Source: Armatimonadota bacterium (GTDB lineage Bacteria; Armatimonadota; UBA5829). Taken from it: DNA of 64,000 nt. The notes beneath the pieces were generated by a model that ran no database searches, had not been told where the DNA came from, and was given only the letters and a program-made list of their open reading frames with translations. This document shows, piece after piece, positions 51,180-61,054 of this stretch. How positions within the stretch are numbered: position 1 is the stretch's first letter; the number at the start of each line of letters is the position of its first letter. The stretch covers positions 1,555 through 65,554 of the forward strand of contig JARYME010000003.1 of the NCBI GenBank assembly GCA_029907315.1. The letters are read 5' to 3'. Position numbers and translations under genes: made by a program.

Positions 51180-51674
51180 CTATGCCATTCGTCTCCTTCC
51201 GTAATTCACTACACCTTGGTTAGTGTACCCTTCCTATAAGCGTGTAAATTGTTTTGGGGAGTATTCTTTCCGTTGGAAGGGTTCCGCTGTGCGCTAAAAA
51301 CGAGAGCTTCTTGTGGATAATATCGCTTATGTTCAAACAACTGGAGATGCGGGGTTATGATCTAGGACACAGCAGGTTTGGCGACCTATCTGAGCAGATG
51401 GCGGCGAATCTTGAAGGGGATTTTGGGGCAGAGTCTGAGTGTTGGTGGAGGTGGGAAGGGACAAGGAGGTTATCGGCTACACTCGAAGTAGGATCAGCCA
51501 GTTGGCAGGTGGGCTGAGCTCTATCGTTTTGATCGCGCCTTCGGGCAGATCAGGACCAGGTTTACGACGGGGAAAGTTCGTCATCAATAGGTCCGCTCGC
51601 CGCCCGGAAGGTCGCACCATGTGCTCAGCCCGCCCGCATCTGAGAATAGGACGTTTTGTTCCTATTTTTTATAC

Positions 51675-52013
51675 CTACAGCACTCCTTCGCCCCGCTCAC
51701 CTGTTCTTATTCGGATTGCATCCTCAACTCTACTGAGGAATATTTTTCCGTCACCTATTTCCCCAGTCGAAGCAGCCTTAGTTATCGCGTTAATCGCGTC
51801 ATCCACAAGTTCATCAGGAACAACAGTTTCGACTTTGCACTTCTCAAGCAGATTGACCGCCAGTTCCTTTGCCCTGTAGTACTGCGTGTGACCCCTTTGC
51901 TTTCCTGCACCCAGAACACTTGTTACGGTGATGCCGTGTATGCCAATGTCGTCCAACGCATTTTTTACGCGCTCAAGCCTGCTCGGACGGATGAGGGCTT
52001 CTACCTTAATCAT
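51675..52013 (-). CDS. glnK: Nitrogen regulatory protein P-II. The start was taken at MIKVEALIRP.
   Basis: The product has the P-II fold signature and a T-loop region (GAGKQRGHTQYYRAKE). Confidence 0.9.
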   Translation of the reverse strand: MIKVEALIRPSRLERVKNALDDIGIHGITVTSVLGAGKQRGHTQYYRAKELAVNLLEKCKVETVVPDELVDDAINAITKAASTGEIGDGKIFLSRVEDAIRIRTGERGEGVL

Positions 52014-52068
52014 TTCAACACTCCTTTCCACGCGCAAGCATAGCAGGTTGTTTTAGCCAAGCTTTGTG

Positions 52069-53475
52069 CTACGGATGAAATGCATAGCCGACCTCGCCGT
52101 GTTGGCTGATGTCCATTCCAGCATCTTCCTCATCCTCACACGCTCGCAGAGGGGTTAGGACACCCACGAGTGTGAGAATGAGGTAGGTGACAATCAGCGA
52201 GTAGAACAACACGGATACGATAGCTATAAGCTGTCTGCCAAGCAGCACAGCACTGCCAGTGATGAATAGTCCTTGAGCATCAGTCGCTACCACTGGGTTT
52301 ACCGAAGAGGCTGCGAATAGACCTGTTGCGAGCGCACCCCAGATCCCGCCAACTCCGTGTATACCAAAAACATCTAGCGAATCGTCGTATCTGAATCTGG
52401 TCTTCGCCATAACGCTGAGATAACAGGCGGGACCAGCAATCAGACCTATTACTACGGCCGCAATGGGAGCTACGAAGCCGGATGCAGGTGTAACAGCTAC
52501 CAATCCTGCAATGGCACCAGATGCTGCGCCCAGAGCAGTGGGCTTTCCACGGTGCACCCATTCGGCCAAAACCCAAGACACCATTCCTGCCGCAGCCCCG
52601 GCATTTGTGACGACGAACGCGTTTGCAGCCAGGCCGTTCGCTGCAAGGGCGCTGCCTGCATTAAATCCGAACCAGCCGAACCACAAAAGACCGGTTCCGG
52701 CAAGAGTCAGGGTCAGGTTGTGTGGGCTGAAATGCTCGCGGTCGTAGCCTTTCCGTCTACCTATCACGAGAGCACAGCAAAGCGCAGCTGCACCTGAACA
52801 TATGTGTACAACCGTGCCGCCTGCAAAGTCCAGGGCGCCCAGCTCACCTAGCCATCCGCCGTGTCCCCATACCCAGTGTGCCACCGGATCGTATACAAGC
52901 GTAGCCCACAATATTATGAAAATCAGATACGCTTTGAACCTCATTCGCTCGGCAAACGCTCCAGTGATAAGCGCAGGCGTTATTATTGCGAACATGCCTT
53001 GGAATATAACGTGCGCCTCTTGCGGTATCGTGGAGCCGTATAAACTGCTGAATGGATCGGGAGCCGGTTTCATATCTAAGCCCCGAAGCCCTATCCAGTC
53101 TAAGGAGCCGATCAACCCGCCCAAGTCGGGACCGAAAGCTAGAGTGTATCCATAAAGAATCCACAGAACGCCCGCGATGCCGCATATGAAAAGACTTTGC
53201 GTTATGGTAGCCAAGACATTTTTCCTGCGGACCATCCCACCGTAGAACAAACCAAGCCCGGGAGTCATTAGAAAAACCAAGGCGGTAGACGCTAGCACCC
53301 AGGCGGTGTCCCCAGCGTCCACTTTAGCAGCTGACCCTGCCACGGCAGGAGTACACCCAATACCCAGTAGTACTGCAACCAGCAAATATAAGGACGCGCC
53401 GGACCTCAGCCGGAGTCTTCTAATGTTCATGTCTGTGCTTTCCTCCTTACCGCTGTGTATTAGCTCTGTATGCAT
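52069..53475 (-). CDS. amtB: Ammonium transporter Amt
   Basis: The product has 11 or 12 transmembrane segments and the Amt signatures (DTAWVLASTALVFLMTPGLGLFYGGMV, DFAGGTVVHI). Confidence 0.93.
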   Translation of the reverse strand: MHTELIHSGKEESTDMNIRRLRLRSGASLYLLVAVLLGIGCTPAVAGSAAKVDAGDTAWVLASTALVFLMTPGLGLFYGGMVRRKNVLATITQSLFICGIAGVLWILYGYTLAFGPDLGGLIGSLDWIGLRGLDMKPAPDPFSSLYGSTIPQEAHVIFQGMFAIITPALITGAFAERMRFKAYLIFIILWATLVYDPVAHWVWGHGGWLGELGALDFAGGTVVHICSGAAALCCALVIGRRKGYDREHFSPHNLTLTLAGTGLLWFGWFGFNAGSALAANGLAANAFVVTNAGAAAGMVSWVLAEWVHRGKPTALGAASGAIAGLVAVTPASGFVAPIAAVVIGLIAGPACYLSVMAKTRFRYDDSLDVFGIHGVGGIWGALATGLFAASSVNPVVATDAQGLFITGSAVLLGRQLIAIVSVLFYSLIVTYLILTLVGVLTPLRACEDEEDAGMDISQHGEVGYAFHP

Positions 53476-53594
53476 TGTCGGATAGTGTTGTTGCTACGAG
53501 ATTTCGCGATCGTTAAGATCGATTTGCCGAGCGTTTGCAGACTTTTGACTTGTCGCCGCTTCAATCGCCTAAATCTAATTGTTACCACGCCCGT

Positions 53595-54347
53595 CTACAT
53601 ACCGACCGTGACATTTAGAGAAACGTAGAAATTGGTAGGATCCAATTCCTGACCTCGAAGCGCGGCGCGAAGGCTGCTCGAAACAATCGTGCTCAGCGTC
53701 GTCGAAAGGGTGACAGTTGTAGCTCGGTTCGCATAAACAGGCCAGCTTAGTGCTACACACAAGTCGTTCAGGGTAGCCTTGTCCACTCCAAACCAGTAAG
53801 CATTGTGATTGGCGCTTGCCAGTCCGACTCTCGCAGAGAGTTCAGGCTGAAGTTCCTTGCCAAACAAGGCACCGAAAACCTTCAGCTGCTGATAGATTCC
53901 AGCACTCACGTAAAGCCCATCTGCCTTGTCAACATCGTAATATGCAAGAATCTCAAATTCCGGCCGCGAGCCGAACTTACTGGACGCTGCTAGCTCAGTA
54001 GTGTCGGCAACAGCTGAGCCGAGGAAGACATAACGAACGCACGAGAGGCTGAGCTCTGTGCCGTTGGGTTGCGACCAAGCATATGACAACATGTAGTTCT
54101 TTTCTGTTGTGTCTTTTGAATCAACGTCGTGGTTGATCCAAATGGACGCGCTTAGGCCGCTACCGTGGGCTAGTGTAAGAGAGGGCTGCAGCGCAGACCC
54201 AGTCGTCTGAGGGATACCGCGCCATACATATTTTCCGCAGTGAGTGACACTGAGGTCCCAGCTCACCGGCTCGGAACACCAACAGTGTACGCGAACAGCG
54301 GCAAGCAGGATGAGTATTAGGTTGATAGTTGTTTTTGGATACTGCAT
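53595..54347 (-). CDS. Secreted hypothetical protein, possibly an outer-membrane beta-barrel
   Basis: The product has a signal peptide (LILILLAAVRVHC) and alternating hydrophobic beta-strand-like segments, and it ends in an aromatic-rich tail. Confidence 0.45.
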   Translation of the reverse strand: MQYPKTTINLILILLAAVRVHCWCSEPVSWDLSVTHCGKYVWRGIPQTTGSALQPSLTLAHGSGLSASIWINHDVDSKDTTEKNYMLSYAWSQPNGTELSLSCVRYVFLGSAVADTTELAASSKFGSRPEFEILAYYDVDKADGLYVSAGIYQQLKVFGALFGKELQPELSARVGLASANHNAYWFGVDKATLNDLCVALSWPVYANRATTVTLSTTLSTIVSSSLRAALRGQELDPTNFYVSLNVTVGM

Positions 54348-54740
54348 TTTTTTGCCCTCCGCACGATGCTATTTTCAAACGCCTTTGAGGCAACCGATGC
54401 TATTGAACAAGACGGGTGTTGCAAGGGTGTTACTTGGCTGTTAATGAGCTATAAAGGGATTGACAGATGTAAACCGTCGCTGGGCAATATTCGTCGGTTC
54501 AGAGGAGAACGTCACAGCAAAAGATAGTATGAACAAAAGCGGGTAATCATCAGTTCTGCGTTGGAAAGGATCGGCGTCCCTTTTAGCGACTATCGAGGTA
54601 TTGGATGCTTCCAAACCCTCACGGGCGGCTTTTGGTGCGGTCCGCAACACCCATGCAGAGTTGCCGGGTACTACATATTTCGAGACGCTCTGGGACAGTC
54701 AAAAAGCCGTTCAAAAGCTGTCTTAACTCCACTTCCAAGC

Positions 54741-55197
54741 CTACACAGCTTTTGTCTCCCGGGACCAGGCAGTATGTCCAAGAGTACCCGGAGTTATCCC
54801 CGCTTCCCAACGAATACAACGCACGCTCTCACCAGATATGCAAAAACATCCATCGTACAAAACATCAACAAAGTGCGTTTCGTTGAATCTCGAATACGGT
54901 TCTTGGCTCAACTCAACAATCCGCTGGCGCACATCCTTCAGAAAGCTTTTTGAACGGATTCCTGCCCCGCTTGCCGTGGGCCAGACCACAAAGACCCTCC
55001 CGTGCCATCGTCTTTACCCGCTTAGCTTGGCGATAGCTGACACTTGTTTGACCAGCTACATCCTGCAAACTCAACGTCCCATCCAACGCACGCCTGAGTA
55101 TGTAGTAACGAGTCTCTTCTTTTTTGACTAACCTAATCCTATAACCTTTCCTGTATAATGCATAGGGACATTTCCCCTCAGCAGTTGAAGAGGACAT
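54741..55197 (-). pseudogene. Remnant of an IS481/ISNCY-like transposase. Only the N-terminal HTH region survives, split over two frames, and the DDE integrase core is absent.
   Basis: Frame A reads ...LSLQDVAGQTSVSYRQAKRVKTMAREGLCGLAHGKRGRNPFKKL, which has the IS481-type HTH and the 'GLVHRLRGRPSNRK'-like motif. Frame B continues ...IRSKSFLKDVRQRIVELSQEPYSRFNETHFVDVL, the typical next segment. The frames are separated by a frameshift and nothing follows. Confidence 0.45.
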
Positions 55198-55230
55198 AGT
55201 CGCTATGCATATACCGAAACGTAACCAGTA

Positions 55231-56154
55231 TTGACCCCAATCGTCTACATGTGTATGATTCCGAAGAGTACAAGCAATGCCCAAATATTGTTGCAAAGGG
55301 GAGGAGCAGCAGTGAAAGCGCGAGTTGTTGTGGGCGTCGTTCTAACATTGCTTATTGCAGGGACGGCATTCGGCGCAGAGCAGCCGAAGGTTACGATTGA
55401 AGCCAAAGATGTGCCGGTCAAAGACCTAATTGACGATCTGTCCAAGCAGACGGGGTTATCCATAGTTCTTGACCCCAAAGTACAAGGGTCCATAACCCTG
55501 AACTTGAAGGACGTCGAGTTGACACAAGCTTTAGACGCGATCGCAAAGCTGAAGAACGCAGTATGGAAGAAGCTCCAGTTTGCTAAGCCCGCAGACGAAC
55601 CAGTCAAGCTGGATCAGATCAAGTCTGCAATGGTCGCCATCGCCTCTTTACCCCTAGTCGGGCTCGCAGTAGAAGATCCGACGAAGAAAACCTGCGCCGT
55701 TTTAGCAAAGGACTTGCCAAATGCGCCCGACACGTCAGCCGTAAAGCTCCCTGAAGGCTACAGCTGGGTTTCGGTATATGTTGTACTTGCATCTGAGCCC
55801 ACCCAGGAACAGACGGCAGCTTCGAGCACGGGGACTGTTGCAGTACTCAGTAAGGATGCGAAGGAAAGGGCGCTGCAGCTGGCTAAAATGACGCCTGAAG
55901 AAAGACGGCAGGCACTTGCTGCAGAGATAGCAGCGGAAATGAGTCTTGCTCCGGAGGTTCGGCGAGCCCTGCTTGCTGACCGGATGAGAGCAATGTTTAG
56001 CTTGGATCCTCAGTTCCGCGATCAGTACCGTGAAGACATGCACGCCGTGTTCCATCAGCTGCGCGAGGAGAACCCGGATTTCGGACGGAGAGGACCAGGC
56101 GGTGAGCGCCGTTGGCGCAGGGACGAAAACAGGATGAACAGTTCCCGAAGCTGA
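55231..56154 (+). CDS. Secreted protein with a secretin-N/STN-like N-terminal domain. The start is uncertain.
   Basis: The product has a signal peptide (VVGVVLTLLIAGTAFGA), then VTIEAKDVPVKDLIDDLSKQTGLSIVLDPKVQGSITLNLKDVELTQALDAI, which matches the secretin N0/STN domain pattern. The C-terminal part is low-complexity. Confidence 0.5.
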   Translation: MTPIVYMCMIPKSTSNAQILLQRGGAAVKARVVVGVVLTLLIAGTAFGAEQPKVTIEAKDVPVKDLIDDLSKQTGLSIVLDPKVQGSITLNLKDVELTQALDAIAKLKNAVWKKLQFAKPADEPVKLDQIKSAMVAIASLPLVGLAVEDPTKKTCAVLAKDLPNAPDTSAVKLPEGYSWVSVYVVLASEPTQEQTAASSTGTVAVLSKDAKERALQLAKMTPEERRQALAAEIAAEMSLAPEVRRALLADRMRAMFSLDPQFRDQYREDMHAVFHQLREENPDFGRRGPGGERRWRRDENRMNSSRS

Positions 56155-56246
56155 AAGTCCGATTTAACTGACTTTCCTATGTGCTGCGCCAGGTGTCCTG
56201 CCGGACCTGGCGCAGTTTTGCGAATTATTGTGTGTGAGGCACAGAA

Positions 56247-57764
56247 ATGCGGTTCGAGGCAGTTTGCGGTTCACTCATCGATCAAGAATGCGATACCCTC
56301 ATTGTGAACCTATTCCAAGACGTAAAGCAACCCGGTGGGGCGACGGGTGCAGTAGACAAAGCGCTCGGGGGACTTATAGCCAAAACGATTGAAGAAGAGG
56401 ACTTCCGAGGACGCCTGGGTGATACGCTGGTTCTCCGCACGTGTGGCAAGATTCCTGCTTCCAAAGTGGTTGTCGTCGGCTTAGGGAAAAAGGAGGATCT
56501 GGATTCGTTATCGGTTATGCGAGCCGCCGGTGCAGCAGCACGCGAATGCATGAAGCTACGAGCACGTACTGTAGCCAGTGTACTTCACGGCGCCGGATCA
56601 GGCGGCTTTAGCCCTGCTGAGTCGGCTAAGTGTGTTACGTTGGGCACCATCTTGGGCACATACGAGTTCAATCGTCTAAAAACCGAAGATACCAAACCAA
56701 ACCCAATTGAAGTTCTTCGCATAGTCGAAATATCGAGCGAGAAACTGTCTGATATCCGCAGTGGTATCTCCCGCGGCGAGGTAATCGGCCACGCAATCTG
56801 TTTCGCACGCGATCTTGCCAACGAACCGTCCAACGTAGTAACGCCCAGCTACTTGGCAGAAATGGCCCAGCAAATTGCAAGGGAAAACGATTTGGAATGC
56901 ACCGTACTTGATAGGCGCGGTATCGAAGAAGCGGGGATGGGTCTTTTGACTGCCGTTGCACGAGGAGCCGCCCGAGAACCGTATTTCATAGAACTTCGGT
57001 ATGTCCCGCCGAACTCAAACGGCTCGACTAACATCAAGAAGATAGCGCTTGTAGGCAAAGGAATCACTTTCGACTCCGGCGGCTATTCACTCAAGAGCCA
57101 CTCAGCCATGAGCGGTATGAAGGACGATATGTCTGGCGCCGCAGCCGTTCTTGCTGCGATGCGTGCCTTGGCCAAGCTCAAGCCGCCTGTCGTGCTTGTG
57201 GGTATAGTTCCGGCGACCGAGAATGCTATCGGAAGCCAAGCCATTCATCCGGGAGACGTATTCAAGTCCCTGAGCGGCAAGACGGTTGAAGTAACGAATA
57301 CTGATGCCGAAGGTCGCCTTATATTGGCCGATGCCGTAGCCTGGGCAGTCAAGCAAGGTGTCGACGAAATTATCGACTGTGCCACTCTGACGGGAGCCTG
57401 CGTGACGGCTCTGGGTGACGAAATATCAGGCGTGTTTGCCAACAGGCAAACTTTAGCCGACAAATTGATCGCGGCCGGAGAATCGTGCGGAGAGAAGCTC
57501 TGGCAACTACCACTGCATACGGGCTACAGGAAACGGTTGAAGAGCGAGGTAGCAGACCTAAAAAACACTGCCGGCCACGCCGGCGGAGCAATCATCGGTG
57601 CCCTGTTCATAGAAAGCTTCGTTGGAGAAACTCCCTGGGCGCACATTGACCTCAGTGCAGCGTCGGCCGACAAAGAAAACGAACTAACTAGAAAAGGTGC
57701 GACTGGCGTGCCAACGGGGACGCTTATCGAGTACGTGATGGGTTTGCAAACGCCCAATTGGTGA
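56247..57764 (+). CDS. pepA: Leucyl aminopeptidase (M17 family)
   Basis: The product has the NTDAEGRL signature (VTNTDAEGRLILADA), metal ligands (VGKGITFDSGG), and a length of 505 aa. Confidence 0.92.
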   Translation: MRFEAVCGSLIDQECDTLIVNLFQDVKQPGGATGAVDKALGGLIAKTIEEEDFRGRLGDTLVLRTCGKIPASKVVVVGLGKKEDLDSLSVMRAAGAAARECMKLRARTVASVLHGAGSGGFSPAESAKCVTLGTILGTYEFNRLKTEDTKPNPIEVLRIVEISSEKLSDIRSGISRGEVIGHAICFARDLANEPSNVVTPSYLAEMAQQIARENDLECTVLDRRGIEEAGMGLLTAVARGAAREPYFIELRYVPPNSNGSTNIKKIALVGKGITFDSGGYSLKSHSAMSGMKDDMSGAAAVLAAMRALAKLKPPVVLVGIVPATENAIGSQAIHPGDVFKSLSGKTVEVTNTDAEGRLILADAVAWAVKQGVDEIIDCATLTGACVTALGDEISGVFANRQTLADKLIAAGESCGEKLWQLPLHTGYRKRLKSEVADLKNTAGHAGGAIIGALFIESFVGETPWAHIDLSAASADKENELTRKGATGVPTGTLIEYVMGLQTPNW

Positions 57765-57813
57765 GGAAATTCGAGGACGCAAGTTCGCTGACTAACAAGG
57801 CCATAGTGCGCCA

Positions 57814-58923
57814 GTGAAAAAACTGGGACAAGCGTTGGGAAAAACGAAAGGTATTGCGGTGCTTTACGAATATCTCGAAAAACTGGACAAAGCGATTGAT
57901 CCAAACCACCAAGCGGAATCAGAGGACCTTACTAGGCGTGCTGTAGCGTACGAGCCTATCGAACGCCTGCCGCTCACAATCAATTGCCCGGCACCCGACT
58001 GGCCATCATTTACCTATCAAGAAATCTTTTCCGACAAGGCCAAGATGCTTCTGTCCGAACTTGCACCGGTATGGGTTGGAGCCAACGTCAGAGACGACCG
58101 GGTTTTCACAGTGCGCGCAAATTACGGTGTAGGGGCGATCGCTTCAATGTTCGGGTGTCGAGTTCATTTGACGGAAGACAACACCATGCCCTGGGTTGAG
58201 CACTTGGACGACGCCGCGCTCGACAAAGTACTGGAATCAGGCGACGTGAACATCAACAGCGGCTTGGGGGAGAAGGTTTTCGAAACGCAGCGCTTCTATG
58301 TCGAAGTCCTCTCGCAGTACGAAAAGCTGAACAGGTGGGTACACATATACCTCTCCGACACACAAGGCCCTTTTGACAACGCTCACTTGATTATGGGACA
58401 TAAAATCTATACTGAGCTATACGACAACCCAGAGCGCGTCCATCGATTACTTGATTTGGTAACTGACACTTACATTCGCTACACGCGGGCGCAGAAAGAT
58501 CTGGTGGGCGAATCGGGCCACTATAGCTATCATTCGCAGATGATAGTCCGAGGTGCCGTGCGAATATGCGACGACAGCGGAATTAACCTGTCCAGGGAGC
58601 TCTACAAAGAGTTCTGCAAACCTTACAATGAGAGGATTTTCTCGGAATTCGGAGGAGGATGGATACATTACTGCGGCGGCGGACAACAGATTTTGCCTGA
58701 AGTCCTCTCGACAAAAGGCCTGACGGGAATCAACTTTGGACAGCCTGAGTTTCAGGACCTTGAAGCCGTCTACGAAGCAGCTGCACCGAAGAGCATTGCC
58801 GTTCTGGGTTGGATTGGCAGAGAACGCGTGCCGAGATCGATCAAAACCGGTATTACGATTATCGACAATGCGCCGGACTTGCAGACAGCTAAGAGCCTGA
58901 TGCTGCAGCATCGTACAAGATAG
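57814..58923 (+). CDS. Uroporphyrinogen decarboxylase (URO-D/MtaA)-like family protein
   Basis: The 369-aa product has a TIM-barrel URO-D-like pattern. The family call is tentative. Confidence 0.4.
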   Translation: MKKLGQALGKTKGIAVLYEYLEKLDKAIDPNHQAESEDLTRRAVAYEPIERLPLTINCPAPDWPSFTYQEIFSDKAKMLLSELAPVWVGANVRDDRVFTVRANYGVGAIASMFGCRVHLTEDNTMPWVEHLDDAALDKVLESGDVNINSGLGEKVFETQRFYVEVLSQYEKLNRWVHIYLSDTQGPFDNAHLIMGHKIYTELYDNPERVHRLLDLVTDTYIRYTRAQKDLVGESGHYSYHSQMIVRGAVRICDDSGINLSRELYKEFCKPYNERIFSEFGGGWIHYCGGGQQILPEVLSTKGLTGINFGQPEFQDLEAVYEAAAPKSIAVLGWIGRERVPRSIKTGITIIDNAPDLQTAKSLMLQHRTR

Positions 58924-59299
58924 CATCAACTCGTCAAGATTACTGTTAAAGGTGACGGTTGCCTAATACTCAGAGCCTCATTGCATCCCTCGTGCCCAAT
59001 AAATAAAAAGGGCATTACGGTTAGACGCGAAATCCGTAATTTCCAGAACGTCACGCTGTAACGATCCTTCGTTCATCCTAGCTAATCCAACTCGAATGCA
59101 CTTCAACGAGATAAGGGTAGAGAGAAGCGCTCTCCTCTACCGGTTCTACACCAGCAACATTCAAGATCAAAATTGAGAAATCGTTTCGCTAGCAGATGTT
59201 CTAATAGCGCTTTACTGCACACCACATACTGAGGCAACGCAATTTGGTTAGAGCGTGTTTAATAAAAACTATTCGGATAGTTCACATTACTACGTCATT

Positions 59300-59345
59300 G
59301 TGGTATAATATTAAATTAATGACACTATATGGAGGTACGCACTGA
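59300..59345 (+). promoter_or_regulatory. Strong sigma-70-type promoter with an extended -10 (TGTGGTATAAT) and an RBS, GGAGG, in front of a small ORF
   Basis: At 59293-59345 the sequence reads ...cattgtggTATAATattaaattaatgacactatatGGAGGtacgcactgaATG. It lies in an AT-rich island. Confidence 0.5.
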
Positions 59346-59606
59346 ATGCCCTATTCTGTCGGCCTGCTCGACCTCGCATTCCTCACTGACGAAGAGCGCA
59401 AGAAAGTTGATTCCATCCTCGCCGAAGTGACGCCGAACATGAAATGCATATGGATTAACGGCAGACCCGAGTCAGCAGCGCTGGTACTAGAGTGTCCGGA
59501 CCACATAGCCAAGAGGATATGCAGGGATCTGGTCAGGAGTTACGGCGTACAGTGTTACCGAAAGGGAAAGAGGGACCGAACCAAAATTGAAGATGCAGCG
59601 ACTTGA
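59346..59606 (+). CDS. Small hypothetical protein (86 aa)
   Basis: The ORF has a good RBS and promoter context. No family was recognised. Confidence 0.45.
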   Translation: MPYSVGLLDLAFLTDEERKKVDSILAEVTPNMKCIWINGRPESAALVLECPDHIAKRICRDLVRSYGVQCYRKGKRDRTKIEDAAT

Positions 59607-59933
59607 GATGCTATCCTACGAAATCCAAATGGCGAATCGCACAGTGCGCCCCGCCAGCTGCACAACTTCACACTGCTTTGACTTCTTCCTTGTGTTAAAA
59701 TTGTTTTATGTGGAATAATCCAAAAGGGCAGCAATGCGCATGCACCCCCTTCCCATTCCTCTTGCCCCGGTGTTGACACCAGGGCTTTTATTTTATTGTG
59801 TCGCTAACCTCACCACTCGATGGCTTTGCAGGTTATAATTGAACTGGGTAAGATTACGAAAGCTTCAATCCGCACGGCCAGCCGAGCTGCCGCTGCCTAA
59901 GAAAAACAACACGTGGGGAGGCGCCCAAGAAAA

Positions 59934-60620
59934 ATGCTCCGAAACAAATCCGACGAAGGCTTCACGCTAATCGAGCTGCTTGTAGTCATAGCAATTATTG
60001 CGATACTGGCAGCAGTTCTTATGCCAGTGTTCGTCGCGGTGAAAGAACGTGCTCACACGTGCCGCTGTCTTTCACATCTGAGGCAACTTGCACAGGCGTT
60101 CATCAGATATGCCGGTGATTACGGTGGAAAACCGCCCAACCCCGGTGCATCAGATCCCACGTTGAACTGGTATGGGGGCACATGGGGCGGATATGTGAAT
60201 CCGGAGAAGGGTCAACTTTGGCCTTACGTTCGCAGCCGAGCTATGTATATGTGCAGCAGGGACTGGCGAGTGCCGGCGGAAGACGTTATGGCTTTAGCGC
60301 TCCAACGCGGACAAAAGGATATATATGAGTGGGCAAAGACCGATTACCCGCTGAGTTACTCGATGAACTCGAGCTTAGGTGGGAAAGTAATTGACACAGT
60401 TGCTCGAACAAAACAGGTTATGCTACTGATCCACGAAGGTCGAAAAACCATAAACGACGGATCATTCAAAGTTGTGGACCCCAAGTTAGGCGGTTGGTTT
60501 GACGTACCCTCCAACGTCCACTACGACGGCACAACCATTGCGTATTTGGACACGCACGCAGCTTGGCGAAGCTACAAGCAGCTCATAGCGGAACGCGGGG
60601 CTTGGTACGTTGGGAACTAA
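59934..60620 (+). CDS. DUF1559 / prepilin-type N-terminal cleavage-methylation domain protein (type IV pilin-like)
   Basis: The product has the class III signal GFTLIELLVVIAIIAILAA after a short leader. The start was taken at MLRNKSDE, with an RBS upstream. Confidence 0.8.
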   Translation: MLRNKSDEGFTLIELLVVIAIIAILAAVLMPVFVAVKERAHTCRCLSHLRQLAQAFIRYAGDYGGKPPNPGASDPTLNWYGGTWGGYVNPEKGQLWPYVRSRAMYMCSRDWRVPAEDVMALALQRGQKDIYEWAKTDYPLSYSMNSSLGGKVIDTVARTKQVMLLIHEGRKTINDGSFKVVDPKLGGWFDVPSNVHYDGTTIAYLDTHAAWRSYKQLIAERGAWYVGN

Positions 60621-61054
60621 GCGCTCACAGAAGTGTACTGATGGATACGGCGGCGCACGCCAACCCTCGAGCTCCATCTGCTTACAAGGATTCTGACCTG
60701 GTTGCTCTGTGCAGTAGCCCGCGCGTGCCCCCGTCTTTCGAGCTGCGCAGTCGCTGGCATAATTCTGCTTGACTTTATCTTGCCCAGGCGTTTAGAATAC
60801 AGTCGAAGTCCAAGATCACTGGAAGGCGACCTACGGGTTGCCAGGCGCGGCGATTGCGGGCTCTCCAGACAACCAGGTGTTGCTCTTGCGTGTCGTCCAG
60901 CCTGCACTGGTCTGCGACACCGAAGGGAGTTCCTGTACTGGAAGAGAAGCCGAATGCTGTACGTCGCGACGCATTCGGCTTTTTCCACCTTCAGCCGCCG
61001 CTTAGCTTCCCAAACTCGGCGTATGCCGGGAGGGAACCAATACCGACGGACGAG

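Noticed and set aside
51520-51670. SRP-RNA-like fragments (AGGTCCG ... CCGGAAGG) in the rpoN/glnK intergenic region
   Set aside because: The motif pieces are not contiguous and do not reproduce the domain-IV consensus GGUCCGGAAGGAAGCAGC. The resemblance is likely coincidental.
53476-53600. Possible sigma-54 (-24/-12) promoter upstream of amtB, given the neighbouring rpoN
   Set aside because: I could not find a convincing TGGCAC-N5-TTGCW element on the minus strand by eye. The claim is not supportable without a PWM scan.
60854-61054. Long N-terminal extension of the PEPCK ORF (MRALQTTRCCSC...)
   Set aside because: The extension has no similarity to the PEPCK N-terminus, is Cys/Ser-rich low complexity and overlaps another frame's ORF. 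The conserved region begins near an in-frame GTG at 61055.
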